Below, in pieces: positions 24,273-37,492 of a stretch of DNA of 64,000 bases. Within the stretch, counting starts at the first letter, position 1, and each line of letters begins with the position of its first letter. This DNA is from Ramazzottius varieornatus (lineage: Eukaryota; Animalia; Tardigrada). Location of the stretch: contig BDGG01000017.1 of assembly GCA_001949185.1 (NCBI GenBank), forward strand, positions 310,001-374,000, in the 5' to 3' direction. The notes under the pieces were generated by a model. It was given only the letters and a program-made list of their open reading frames with translations, had not been told where the DNA came from and searched no databases. The position numbers and the translations under genes are program-made.

Positions 24273-25396
24273 ACTACAAAGCCGATTTGCTTCACGTGTA
24301 CTTACCTACGGAGTATCAAATATAATAATTCAATCGTCACGGATTTCCCCTGGGCCTGACAGAAAGTTTTACAGGTTCAAAAGCAACCAAGATTTCTCTT
24401 CTTTAGCATAGACCTGTACCATTGCCAGCCGATGGGCCGACGAATTAGTTGAGGCATGATACCTGGCATTGGCCGTTCCATCTTGATCAGGCATCGTATT
24501 CAACAGGTAGCTGCAGACGATCCGTTCATATCGCAACAGAGCTGCAGTCTAGCGTCGACGTCGTACCCTGTAATTTATGCCCACCTGAACAACTTTACAC
24601 TCTGCCGGCCATTCTTCACCCTTTGCAAGTCTACATTTTACTGGTAGCTGTACAATAGCGCACGGACGAGATTACGGTGGTATGTACTATGTGAGCAAAT
24701 GCGCGGTGATGCGTCCCGGCGTCACCCTACTATGCTTTCAAAACGTTGTTTCGCCATCTTTGCCGCGCTTATATCCCCTGTCGGGTACAGCAGCAAGCCA
24801 AAACAGGTTTAGCGTGCAGTTAAAGGCCGAAAAATGTCCCCCTGGTGGAGTATGGACAATGTCTTTCCTAACGTGATGAAAGAGTGTACCTGTGGGTGAG
24901 TTTGAGCTGGCTCAATGCCGGCGTAGTGGCCATGCTTCATACGCTGTACAACCGTACGACGACCAGTGGTTGCGAGCAATGTTCTGTGCGTTGCTTTGCT
25001 TTGGAGGTGCTTTGCTGGGAGATGGCACAGAGAACACGGTTCTCGACAAAGTATGTCATTGACGGCCCACACTTGTAGCTGTAGCTAGCTAGCTGGCACT
25101 TTTGCTCGACACAAGGCGATTCACACGTTCACCCAGCACATCCGTCTGCAATTGCTGCAATCATCACAACAGCATCAACAAATCTTGCTCCGTGTCAGGC
25201 TTGTCCAATGCCTTGAATCTATCTCTGACTGTTGGCCAACCATCGACAGATTCTCATCTTGATCTCTTTGTCAATAAATCCACGAAATATTCCGCGGCCA
25301 TCGTTCAACCACGATGTAGCGTTTCGATCGATTCCATTTGGTTGAAGACTTTATTTTGATCTTATTGGACTATTTAGCAGAAATATTTATGGGAGA

Positions 25397-28300
25397 ATGA
25401 ATCAGGAAATGAAATGTTGTCGCTGTACGCGGGCAGTTTATCCGGTGGATCGAATTGGACCTTTGAAGAACCTCAGTCACGTCTTTCATCGTCATTGCTT
25501 CAAATGCTCCGTTTGTGGCAGGTACGTCAACAACCTCCATCTTATAAAATTAGACAAGCCAGCAACAGGTGGTTGGACAGCAGGCTAGATGGACAAAAAT
25601 ATTTGCCCGACTCCTGTGCGAAATTTCTGCTTGATTGCCAGTAGTGTGTGTACACATGGGATATGTGTACTGTTCCGGACATGATGATGGTCATATTAAA
25701 TATAAGGCTGGCTACTTGAACCTGCGCAACGACAACTGTAACTGATCCAAACATGTCAGATTGCCAAAACGTGTTGTGAACGCGCCGCTTCAATGTCCGC
25801 TTCTTGAAAAGGAAATGAGACGATCCCGCGCCGTCTTTCATTTCCCAGAAGCTCCAGCCACATTCAGAGCAAAATATTTAGCCCCCAAACCCAGCCATAC
25901 CAAAAACATGGGAGAAACTCTCAAGCGGTAAAAGCCTATGACCACATGAAATTTTTTATTTATGTAGGCATATTACAGCATTGCTCTATTTTTAGTTTAT
26001 GAAGTAGAGGTCAGACAGTGTATGTTGAGTGGCATTAAAGTTGATACCGAGGAATTAGCATGTTTAAAGTGTAAAGATTGGCTGTTGCAAAATGGTGGTT
26101 GGGTTAGCGATTGAAGGCAGATGTTGAGGTGCGCTAGCCTTGATCCATGCAGCCGATTAAGTTTGTCGTGACTCAAAGACGCCCATCCAAGTTCCAACAG
26201 GCTTGAAGTTGCCGACTAACCATACTCATATGGACGCTCATGCTCGGCCTTTCTCCCCTCCACATAAATCATGCTCAGTTTTAATCTCTTCGGTTCCCCA
26301 TCTCGAACCTCGGTATCTTCTGTCTGTTCCGAGGACTCGGGATATTCCAACTCGTACGAGTTCATCCGCGCAAGCTGTCGCCGCAATGGCGGACTCGACA
26401 GAGTGCGCGGGTCCCTCGCCAACGGGAAAGTTGCCGGTCTGCCTGTTTGCCAGATGCGTACCGGCTTCGATCGGTACAGCCTCAAAGTTTTTTCTAATCC
26501 ACATCAGATATTTCAACGATAGTCCGTGGCAATTCTAACGTGCAAATCGCGCGTCACTGGGGGTACAGAGGCGGAAAAAAATTAATCGAACCATTCAGTA
26601 GTTGATATCTTGAAAATTTTACCTTAGCTCATAGCTCGAATGGGACTGACTGATGGTTTTCCTGTGTTTCGCAGTATCCTGACCCTGAAGACGTACATGA
26701 CGAGCCAGCTGAGCGCCAGCGATCGCGAAGTTTACTGCCAGAACCACGTGCCCAAGACGGGAGCCGGTCATTTGGATTCGGAAGCGCTGGGCATCAAAGG
26801 TTTGATTATCAGTCGGTCGGCCCAGCAAGGCGAAGAGCGCGACGCCCGCAAGATCAACAGTCAAGGCGGCCACTTCGATTCCGGGGCTCTCCACATCTCC
26901 CAAGCCCTCAACGCCACCGAACTGCAGAAAGGATACAAGCGCAATGCACACGAAACCCCCCTCTATCAGTTTCTGGTATGTATTGTACTGCCTTTTTGAA
27001 TCCACAAAACACCCCCCACGGTACTACTTACTAGGGTAACCTTCGGTAATGATCAGTGAATGGATCTTATCACCAGCAGGCGCAGCCTCTGTCTATACTT
27101 TCATCGAGTGGTTGGGCAGATTACTGTCAGCCGAAAAAACAAGTTCTCCTTCGAAGTTTTTATGGAATATGCTTTAGAACTCGAATCAAGTTTCGCACCC
27201 AAATTTCCATTGTCGTCATACCACCCCCAAGGCACTTTTCAACGATGAAGTCCAGAAATTTGTAAAAAATTCAGAGATGAATAGAACTCAAAATCATGCA
27301 GACTAATTAGACCACGCCGCTATGAAGGGGGGAGGGGTGCGCGCTCGGTTCCAACGAGAGAAGTCTTACTATCTGATGATCATGCTCCACGTTGACTGTA
27401 AGACGACGGTCAGCCTTTTTCTCGAAGTTTACCGGTCAGCTCGAGCAACAGCTACACAATGAAAGTGGTATGCAAAAGCAACAGTTCGGTTGGAGATGAG
27501 CGATAGGTGACATGTTATGCTTATTGTGTCACAACGAGCGATCGACCTGCATTCACTTTGGCCAGCTAGTTCGCCAAAGATGTTGTATTATGCAGTGAAC
27601 CCTACCCTTACTTGCAAGTGAAGCAGTGGAGATGAGCTACACTGTAACAATGACGCGGTTGAGAAGATGAGCGAGCTTGGTCAAGCAGCCGCGAGGAAGG
27701 TAGCTCGGCAAGAACATGCTCTATATTCTGTTGGCCTCCTTAGTTATTCGCCGGTAAATGGCCAATGACAAATACGTCAGAACAATACAACTTTTACAAT
27801 GGTCCACCTGAGTAGTGCATATTCGTGTCAAATGAGGGATTGATTAATTGTGATAGATTGCGGCGAGTAACGCAGAAGGGAGGGGAAAAGACAACCGGGT
27901 TAAACTGAAAGTGAGGAAATGATGCGACGTCGTTCTCACTGTCTTTTATTGTAGGCTTATTGTTTTGCCACACATCCATCAAGTTCTTTGGCCTATTCAT
28001 GCCACTCTACCACCGAGATATCGATCCGTTTTCCGCTGTTTTTTATCGTTGGCTAATAACAGGGAGAAATCACAGCAGTTCATAACTCATCGAGCACAGA
28101 GCCAACAACGAAACTTTCTCCAGCTCCCAGTTTCGCCGTTACACCCCAAAGCAAGACCTTCTTGCGCCGTTGTACCTAAGTTAAACCGGTCAGATGATCG
28201 GTTTGCATGTCAGAATCGCTACGGACAACCACCAGAGCATCTCCTGGCTTCGTTCTACCCAGGCATAGTTCACCGTCTTTTGGGTGGCCTTTAAAGGTCT

Positions 28301-31300
28301 GGACCATGTACAGTATACGTAGGGCATATGTCAAGCGTGTGCTCGTAACCGACACCTATGTACGCATGGTAGCCATGTTACATTTACGAAGGTCAATCGA
28401 GGTTTATGATTCTTCATAGGAAATACGCGCCGGCTATTATTACTGCCATTGATGACGAAATTTAATTGCCGCCTCTTACATATGCTCATTTTCGGTATGC
28501 GTGAGAAGGTCCGTGGTCGTAAACATGTGTAAGTAGGCAGTTACGGTTTCGGGCACGACCAGGTAGCAAGTTTACGTAAGAGTTAGTGTTGCGGACTGTA
28601 ATACCCTATCCGAGTCGATGTTTACCATGTAATGCCGGCAGCAGAGTTTGGCCAAATTTACAGGTGCTTCCGAAATAGTTATGGCTATGAGTATGAGGGT
28701 AATGCCGGTGAATGTGACACCGCCTGTTGCGCATATATTTGCTCACATGGTCATTTGAGCTAGATACTGCCGAGATTACGCTACCACCACGACACCGATG
28801 AGTTCCACGCTCCCCTGGATGCACCGTTCTAGTTGCACTAAAACAAAACTCACCAGCTTAATGTAACCAAAGTCGCAAGACGTATTGAGGAGGAAACTAG
28901 CCAAGATCGTAATCCCGGGTGGCGCACATGTTCAGCCAGTAACACTGCAAGTATGCGCCACTTGGGAGGCCGGTCTTGTCAGGTTTCTGAATGGCGCACG
29001 CCATCAGCCAGTGCTACTGGAAATTTGCGTCACTTAGAAACGAATTGATGTCAAAGCCCGATTTCTGGGTCGCATTTGCGGTGAATTGCATTAAAATAAT
29101 TCAAACAAAGTTTTGGCCGAAAACTGCCCATGCGCAACGACAGTTTAAACGGGTTCAGATTACAGGATTAAGTCACGCATAGTCAAAACCGAGGCGCCGT
29201 AATTGTCGGCGTGTGGCAAATGAATGGCGGTCATCCAACGTTGGCGAGCTGCTTGGTTGGCCTTACGTTGACTTTACATTGTCAAACGGCCTTGATTTCT
29301 GTCGCTGGTGCGAATGCAAGAGCCGTTCATTCACTCATTATCCAGCCATCCATTAATTATTTGTCTGGCCATGTAATTGCTCGGCGAACTTGGTACTTGA
29401 AAATGGCCATTGTGGTCCCAAGTGTCAGACAAACAGAGGAGCATGTTGGCTTAATACACGTGCATTGTACCAGCATGACAATAACCTCGTGTAAACTTTG
29501 TTCATAGAGTACACCTCATTGATGTTATTTGCAGGACATTGAAGCACAAAAGGAGCTGGAAATGAAGCTGCGCAAAGAGGAGGAGGAAATGTATAACCGC
29601 TTTCAAGCCGAACGATCCCAAAAGGAACACATCATCAACGAGGAAATCAAGGTACACTACACTGCCCCTTCGCTATAAGTCACTTTCTTCGCTGCGGCCT
29701 TTCTCAACAGAAGCAAATTCGACTTTTTCTCGACAGCCGTGAGAGACTGAGAGACATTTCTCCCACAGCCTAGATACAAGACCCGTTTAGAATGCATATC
29801 TTTCCAGCACATCAGTCAGCTTTACAATATGACAGTCATCGATCAGCAGCCAATTCAAAAGTCAAAAGATGGTTTATCAGACACCAACATGCATTTTCCG
29901 ATTATGACTTTTGGACGAGCAGAGAGGGGAACAGAAGTTGAATATTACGGTAGAGTGTGGTAAGAGAGTTGAGGGGGGCACAATCGCAACGTGAGGCTAT
30001 CGACCAGGAAGTACAATGACGTATAGTGTACGGCTGACCGAAGTCCAGGATTCGGTAGTTGATATGATGCAGGATTAAATCGACCATTTCCTTCTGCTGA
30101 CCCTCTTTATAAACATTCTGCTGAGGGAAGAGTAAACTGAGCGACATGTGTCCGGTCAGTCTACAATAACAATACATTATAGCCCGTCGGCCAGAACACA
30201 TTCAGGATATAGTGTACTGTGCCCCTGTGTCCAGAGATTATAGCGCCCTTCCTGTTTGCGCCATGGCAAACATTGCAGTAGTCAGCCAGAATGTAGCAAA
30301 GCTCTCCTTGTTTGTTCAGCGCGGAGTTTACAGTGCACTTTTCACTTCGTCATGTTTGACTTTCAGCTTTCAAACTCTCATGTTTGACTTGGAATGTATC
30401 AGTGGAAATTAGTAATTGTGTGATATTATGCAGGCCGAATGGGAGGTAGCGCTGGAAGAATTGACCAACAAGTTCGAGAAGGACCTGCAGACCAAGAAGA
30501 AGAAGATTTCACCGGAAGAACAGAAGGTGATGACGGTCAAGCTGATGAAAGAAAAGGAGGACTTGGAGAAGTTCATGACGCTGAAGCGCGACAAGAAGAA
30601 GGAATCTGTGACACGGAAGTTGTTGGACGTACAGCGAAATATCACTGCTGATCTCATCGACAAGCAGAGCTCGCAGATGATGGAGTTTATCAGCGCCAAA
30701 AGGATGGAATATGCCACCAAGAGGGACAACTTCGAACATCCCGACCAACATGTGGTAAAAAATACTTCGACATCATGCAATAATTTCTAATTTAATTCAA
30801 TGGCGGCTGTAGTTTCACACCGCACGCGTGTTGCCTCGGAATGCACATTTACACTGCGTGATATTTTTCTACGATAATATTTCCACGTTCTCGCCACTGT
30901 GGGAATTTGTGGAAATATCGCAGAAAAAAGCCACCTAGTTGCTTCTTGTGCATTTTGCTACAAGCCGGATCTCGCTGGAAACTGCCATGTTTGACTAAGC
31001 TATGATGGCGTATTTTTCAGGGTGACGAAAACAGGAAAGTACGGGGGGATGTTAGCCACGCTATCGGTTTGCAGGCCCAAAGCAATGGAACCTCCAACGG
31101 TCATCAGGTTAACGGGAAGGGTGGCGGGCGGACAGATTCAGCTTCGCCAGACGGAGAAGCCGTGCTGAAGCAGTATCCTCTCAACCCGCCCGCCGCAGCG
31201 CCACCGGCTTACGGCAAGTCCCACATTTACAAGGATCCCAATGCCGTCTTTGCTCAAGTCGACCAGCTGGCCATCAATGTGAGAATAAGACTTGCACTAA

Positions 31301-33397
31301 GTAACACTCAGTTGATCCTTTGTGGTGTGGGTAATCCAAAACGTTGAGTGGTCACTTCCAGGTTGCGCAAGGCGATCAACAGACCTTCACCGATTTAATT
31401 GCTAATCTCATTGGCACGGCCCGCACCGACGTCGAGAAAGCCCGGTAAACAATCACTCCTTTCCCGCATGACCACAACAAACATATGGCAGCTCGGCAAA
31501 CAGTCTCCCACAACATTGTTATTCAAGTGGCGCACGCTTCCAGTGTTTGTAGCCGAGAGTATGCACCAGTCGGTACTCTCGTCCATACTGTTGTCAGCAA
31601 TGGCGCACGTTCACACTATTATTGGGCGGTCTCGTGCGCCACTTAGAAAGACCATCTTTCAGAGTCTGATCGCCTACGTAAGTCTGTCGCTTACCTGTTT
31701 TATCCGTGTTGACAGAGCGATCTTCCGCTGGATCACGGTGAAGAACCTGAACGTGATGGAGTTCGACGAGAACGTCGGGGCCGATACGCCCATGGGGATT
31801 CTTCGAGGAATCAAGCATGGCACCGAAAGCTATCACGTTCTTTTCAAGCGACTATGCAGGTTGGTGTCTCTGTCTTTCGTTGTTGCGATTATTCTATCAT
31901 GACCAGATGTCAAATTGTTTTTGCCAGCTATGCCGGTCTGCATTGCGTGGTGATCAAAGGCTACTCCAAAAGTGCCGGCTACCAACCGGGTGTCTTCTTC
32001 GACGACAACCGTTTCCGCAATTCCTGGAACGCCGTCTACGTCGACAACGCCTGGCGTTTTGTCCAGTGCAACTGGGGTGCGCGCCACTTGGTCAACGCCA
32101 AAGAAGCCCCCAAGAGCAGTCCCAGCAAGCCCAAAGCCGCGGCCCATGGCGACTCCCTCCGTTACGAATACGACGACCATTACTTCCTGACCGATCCCGA
32201 AGAGTTTATCTACGAGTTCTACCCTCTGCAAAGCGAATGGCAGCTCCTACGACGTCCCATCACCCTTCAAGAGTTTGAGCAGCTACCCTTCGTTCGATCC
32301 CTCTTCTTCCGCTACGGCTTGTGGTTCCCCGATGAAACGACCAAGGCTGTCATCAGCACGGACCCGACGGGAGCCGCCACCATCAGAATCACAATGCCCT
32401 TGGAAATTACCAACAGGCTGATCTTCCATTACAATCTCAAGTTTTACGATAAGGAAGGCGAGACTTGTCCGGATGGTGTTCTATTGAAGCGGTTCGTCAT
32501 GCAGTCGGTGGTGGGGAACAGCGTCATATTCCGCGTACACGCCCCACTTGCCGGCTCGTACTTGCTGGATATCTTCGCCAACGCCGTCACACCAGCCGAA
32601 TACCTTGCCGGGGACCCCATGAAGTTCAAGAGTATTTGTAAGTTCCGCGTTGATTGTAAGCAGCTGCAGACCGTCATGGTTCCCTTGCCCGAATGTGCCA
32701 GTGGCGAGTGGGGACCTGCCAAAGCGACAAGGCTGTTTGGACTTGTTCCTCTCACCCACGAGGAAGCGCTGGTATTCGCCTCTCGCGAACTGGAAATCAG
32801 GTATGTCAGAAACAAACATCACCAGTTTTAAAAAAGGTGTTTTTGATAACTACAGTCGTTCTACAATTGTACAGTAGTCGCGAGCTCAGCCAGATCGTTT
32901 CCCCAAGCGGCGCACATTTTCAGTGTTATTGACTGGAAGCGTGCGCCACTTGGCAAAGCAATCTCGTCGAGGTTTCCAAGTGGCGCACGCTTTCAGCCGA
33001 GAACACTGAGAACGTGCGTCACTTGGGAGATCCATTTTGTGGGGTTTCCTTGCTGAATTTGGGAATTATGTTCTTCAATGCCCTTTTAATTATAATGTTG
33101 TTTATTTTCGTTTTACCGTATAGGTTTCAAATGCAGCGCCCCCTGACGGACTTCATGGCTGCCCTGCACAAGAACGGCTTGGAGGACAAGCGGCTGGCCA
33201 AGCATGTGCAGCACATGGTGCAGGGCGACCTGGTCTCCGTCCACATTATCTTCCCGGAAGACGGTCAGTATGGACTGGATATTTATACCCGCGACGCCAA
33301 GAGCGCGGCGAAGCCTTCGCTGGATGGTCGAGGCGACAAGCAGCAGTTATTGACACATTGCTGCAAATACCTCATCAACGTCTCCAGACGGCACTAA
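25397..33397 (+). CDS. hil: Hillarin (LIM + coiled coil + transglutaminase-like/KY domain); exons about 25397-25521, 26675-26975, 29535-29651, 30434-30753, 31076-31278, 31362-31444, 31716-31858, 31928-32800, 33124-33397
   Basis: LIM CCRCTRAVYPVDRIGPLK..FHRHCFKCSVCG|..LTLKTY..VYCQNHVPK; EWEVALEELT; AIFRWITVKNLN; ESYHVLFKRLC; GYSKSAGYQPG; SWNAV; YEYDDHYFLTDP; LLTHCCKYLIN. Confidence 0.95.
28160..28285 (-). pseudogene. Degenerate 28S rRNA fragment in hillarin intron 2
   Basis: gatcggtttgcatgtcagaatcgctacgga..ccaccagag..ctggcttcg..cccaggcatagttcaccgtcttttgggt is the reverse complement of the conserved LSU segment ACCCGAAAGATGGTGAACTATGCCTG..GAAGCCAG..CTCTGGTGG..TCCGTAGCGATTCTGACGTGCAAATCGATC. 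Confidence 0.85.
28893..29055. repeat. Inverted-box array, in hillarin intron 2
   Basis: Four boxes; both inner spacers are 25 nt. Confidence 0.85.
31489..31670. repeat. Inverted-box array, in hillarin intron 6
   Basis: gcagctcggcaaac flank, caagtggcgcac..tggcgcac..gtgcgccactta. Confidence 0.8.
32881..33050. repeat. Inverted-box array, in hillarin intron 8
   Basis: Four boxes with spacers of 25/24/25 nt. Confidence 0.85.
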
Positions 33398-33910
33398 TAT
33401 TTTCGGCGAATTCTTTTGCCCCGTGGTCTAACCGTAATTGTGTTATCACTGGCTTGTACTTGCTTCTCACAGAGTGTTTTTATTCCTTTTCCAGGACATT
33501 TTTCTGTTTCACATAACATTATTAGGCGATCTGTCTCTTCAGTCGCATAACATTTCATTTCCAATGCTTCTTCCGCCCTTGCTTTGAAATTGGTGTGATA
33601 GATTTTTTATACTGGCTGTATAAAGTATGCTTGGAATAATTCAAACATGCAAATTCGAGTCTCAGATGTATTTTTAGAAGTGATGACGGCACTGATGTAA
33701 CGCGATAATTTCACGACTACTGCTCAAGTTTCCAAAAGTTATTTTTGGAATATTTGATATCATGCAATGCTGGTGGACGTGAAATCCCGCATGTGAAAAC
33801 GCGTTAGAACATCTCCACAAGTTCAAAGAAGCTGCGTCAGGCAGGAATTTTGGGCCTGGTGAACCGTATTTTTCGAATCTTCCTGGAGAATTAAGTTAGA
33901 AAGAAAAGCA

Positions 33911-35149
33911 ATGCTGCCGCTGGTAGCGTCACTCGGTCATTTCATTTTCGTCCTTCTCCTAAGCCAAGCTGCCCGATACCTCGCCAACACCTTCATCCAT
34001 AATGGGTTATACCGTGTTGCCATCGAGGAAGTTATCTGCACAATCCAGCTATGCATGAACAACTTTGAGCTGGGCGTCATCACGGAAGTGTACGGCTTCT
34101 CTGGCTACGCACTGGGCCTCTTCTTTACCTCCTTATCCTACAGTTTTACCTTTGAGAATGGCACTGCCGACCCCAGTGAATGTCTCGGCAACTATTGTAC
34201 CAAGCAAATTGATCTCAAGGAGTTTCTATGGCGGTGCGCAGCTTCGCTGACCGGGGCGGCCATTTCTTACCGCTTGTCAAAAGCTTTCTGGGCCTTTCAG
34301 CTGACTCCAGCACATGTTTTGGCCTACCAAGCTCCGCAATTGTGTACCGCTAGTCTACAGGTAAACTGAATGGAATTTTTCGGTGTAAGAGACGCAGCAG
34401 AGAAGGCCTTCTCTGCTGCGGGTAAACGAAACGCACCAGATCGTCGTCTCAGGTGGCGTACGCTTGCGGCCAATAACACTGGAAAACCTGCATCACTTGG
34501 AAAAACAATCTTGTCGAGCTTTCCAAGTAGCGCACGCCTCCAGCTAGTAACACTGGCATTATGCGTCACTAGAGACGACGACCTTGTACGTTTCGCCCCA
34601 TGCGCCGAGAGGAACTGGTTAGGACCAGCAGGCCAATCTACTCACGCACGTTGTATCTCCGCAGGTTTCCCTGATGATAGGAGCGCTGTTCGAAGGCTTC
34701 GAAACATTGGTAAATCGGCTGATCCAGAAAAGTGAAGGTTTTAACATGCTGACCGGAGCTGTCTCCGATGTAGCCATCACGTTCATGGGTACGATCCAGT
34801 CTGTTTTCTGCCGCTGCTTCCGGCTTGGGCTATCGGTACTGTGGAAATTGAACTCTCTTTTCCATTTGCAGGACTGTTTGTCAGTGGTGGATACTTCAAC
34901 CCTTCATTAGCTCTAGCCATGGAGTACGGATGTGAAGGCCTTCCCTTTGTTGACTACTTAGTGGTGTACTTGGCCGCACCCATGGTGGCCACCTTGCTAG
35001 CTGTCCAGATCGCCACGCCGCTCCTCGCCCTTCTTCAAGCGGGTCCTCCGGCTGAAAGCTCCCCTACCGTCGGCCTGCTACTAGCTGAAGCCGCTGCCAG
35101 GTCGCCACAACCCCAACCTTCAGTCTTCAAAAAAGACAAACAACTCTGA
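33911..35149 (+). CDS. Unorthodox aquaporin (AQP11/12-like), 3 exons (about 33911-34360, 34665-34788, 34872-35149)
   Basis: EEVICTIQLC..FEL, CTASLQV, GALFEG, SGGYFNPSLA..YGC, VY..P..A: the superaquaporin pattern. Confidence 0.9.
34424..34596. repeat. Inverted-box array, in aquaporin intron 1
   Basis: Four degenerate boxes with acaatcttgtcgag linker. Confidence 0.8.
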
Positions 35150-35591
35150 TGAATTACTTGGCCTATACAAAAGACATTTCTAAGGAACAAAAGTTAATGT
35201 ACTGTCTTTTTTGCAGTACCGTAGTACACAGCGAGCTACGTGTACCATATAGCGTAAAATGAAGAAAATGTTTTCGTTCAGCAAATCATTTCTTCAGGCT
35301 TGTGTCCCGAGAGATCCTCCATCCTCAGTTTTAGCACTGAAAGAATTGGTATTGAATTCAAAATTATTTAATGGTAAATTTGAGAAATGGAACGTACGCT
35401 GGCGCCACCCGGAGAACCAGATAAAACAACCTTCAGTACTACTGACGTCATAGCCACACCTCCTGGTGGGTTGCAGCTTTTTTGCTCAGCTGACCTGAGC
35501 CTGATCAGCTGTGTTGTGGATTTTTCCGCAGCGCATCACTTTGGAGATTGTAAGAGCTACTTGACACTTCCCAGGATCTTGCTGCCCGGAC

Positions 35592-37492
35592 ATGGAGGTG
35601 AGTACAGCTACGCCCGTCTCCTTGGGCCTAGCACCGTCTCGGCCAGCTCGGATCACTCTTTCGCCATGGACCATCCTGGGCTTGTCCAAGGACGCTTGGC
35701 AGCGTGAGGACTGGATCCGCCTCTTGAAGGGAGTTGCCATTGGCGTCGGAACGTTCGGCCTAACTTACGCCGCCATGCAGTATTATCAGTCCAGTAGGAA
35801 AGGGATGAAGGAGACGAGGATTGCTAGTGCAAGGCTGGAGATGCACTCCAAAGATGTGACTGCGCCACTGAACAGGGACACACGTGTGGCGCATCTGGTA
35901 ATGCTATACCATGCAGATTTCTGTTCACACTGGTTCATCTTTTTCTCGTTGCAGATGGTCTTTCCAGTCAAGTCTTGTGGTGGGATCGTCGTTGACAGCT
36001 TTTATGCCGGTCCAATGGGACCGGAAATACACACTGCGGATGGGATCGTGGTGCGTGACAGGTATGGCTAATCTGCAGGGAATCGTAGAAAAGCGCCGAC
36101 AAATTCTCGTCGTCCAGACATCTTTCTTCCCAAAACGCATCGGAAAACGAACAAGAGACGATGAAAATGATTTTAAATTGCGGATGAGCGAATCTGAAAT
36201 TTTTTCTCTGTGTTAGGAGTTGGTTGGTTGTGACGGGGAAGAGCGTGATGGAGACGCAGCGAAAGCACCCGCAGATGGCCTTGATCAGGACGTCCATCCA
36301 GGGGAATTGGTTGGTGCTGGACGCGCCGGATATGCCTTCCCTTCGAGTACCTCTACGCGGACCGTTGTCGGAAAACCTGTCGGAAAGTTGGGACTCGTCT
36401 TCGGAAACAGCACCTCATATCATCAACACCAAGTATACATGCTGAACGATAAATGTTGACAAAATTTTCGGCTAGAACCTTTGCTAACACTAATTACAGG
36501 GCATATTTTGTAGTATTTTTGGCGGCGAAATTTCCGGTGTGGATTGTGGGGAAGAAGCTTCGGAGTGGCTATCACGATTCCTGGAGCAGCCAGGGACACG
36601 TTTGATCTACCATCCAGAGTCTTTTGGTGGACGTAGAGTGGGAGCAACGGAAGTGAATAATGCCATGAAGTTCTGGAAGGAAGGCGATAAAGTCAGTTGA
36701 CGACCGAAGCTGAGGTTTTGTCTGTGGAGATGTGTCGCTGATCATGTCTTTGCAGTGCGTTTATGCCGATGGTGCGCCGTACTTGCTGTTGGGACAAAGC
36801 AGCGTGGACGACTTTAGCTCTCGTCTTCCAAACGGACCAGCCTCCTTTCTCCACTTCCGCCCTAACATCCTGGTCACCGGCTGTCGACCTTACGAAGAAG
36901 TATGGGGTACTTTTCAGCCCCAAAGTCGATGGTAGTTTGCCACGATGAAGCAAAGTGTCGTTTCAGGACGAATGGACAAGGTTCAAGATTGGCGAAGCCG
37001 CCTTCTTTAACAGCAAGCCCTGTTCACGTTGTGTCCTGACCACAGTCGACCCCGAAACGGGAACCAGGACTCGCCCTGATGTCCTTGATACCCTCAGAGC
37101 GTAAGCATTCTATTCGGGCAATCGATCAGTACTAACTGGAAGCTCGACAAACAAAGTCGACAAGATTGGTCCTTCAGGTGGCGCACGCTCTCGGCCAGAA
37201 ATACCGTACATGTGCGCCACTTGGAGAATCAACCCTGCCGAGTTTGTTTGCCCAAGGGCTCACGATTCTTGGTACTCGTATTATTGGCTGAAAGAATACG
37301 CGACTTGGGAAACGACCTCGACGGGTTTTCTGGCCGAGCTCCCCCTCAACCAAATGACGTTACAGGTACCGACTGGCGGAGAACCCCGAATGGAAAGGCA
37401 TGTTCAAGAAGTCCCCACTGCTGGCTATCAATGTGGCCATCGAGCGGACAGGTCGACTTGCTGTCGGAGACCTGATTCGCCATGAAAACTAG
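35592..37492 (+). CDS. MOSC-domain protein, mitochondrial amidoxime-reducing component (mARC)-like
   Basis: N-terminal TM anchor, VAHL|MVFPVKSC, RDR.W, QRKHPQMALI, DCGEEASEWLSRFL, YADGAPYLL, FRPNILVTGCRPYEEDEW, KPCSRCVLTTVDP, VGD. Confidence 0.92.
37139..37342. repeat. Inverted-box array, in last mARC intron
   Basis: gaagctcgacaaacaaagtcgacaagatt flank, box-N25-box, gccgagtttgtttgccc. Confidence 0.85.

Noticed and set aside
22500-25390. Numerous 60-90 aa ORFs upstream of hillarin
   Set aside because: No domain, splice chain or compositional support; treated as intergenic or UTR.
30863-30929. About 65-bp hairpin in hillarin intron 4
   Set aside because: Single imperfect inverted repeat with no TSD or second copy; not enough to call a miRNA or MITE.
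31820-32080. Missing transglutaminase catalytic triad in hillarin (ESYH, NSWN, VQCNW)
   Set aside because: This is the normal state of hillarin-family proteins, so it is not novel.
35860-35895. tgcgccact...gtggcgca within mARC exon 1
   Set aside because: Spacing is wrong, array flanks are absent, and it encodes the expected VAHL before MVFPVKSC; probably coincidence.
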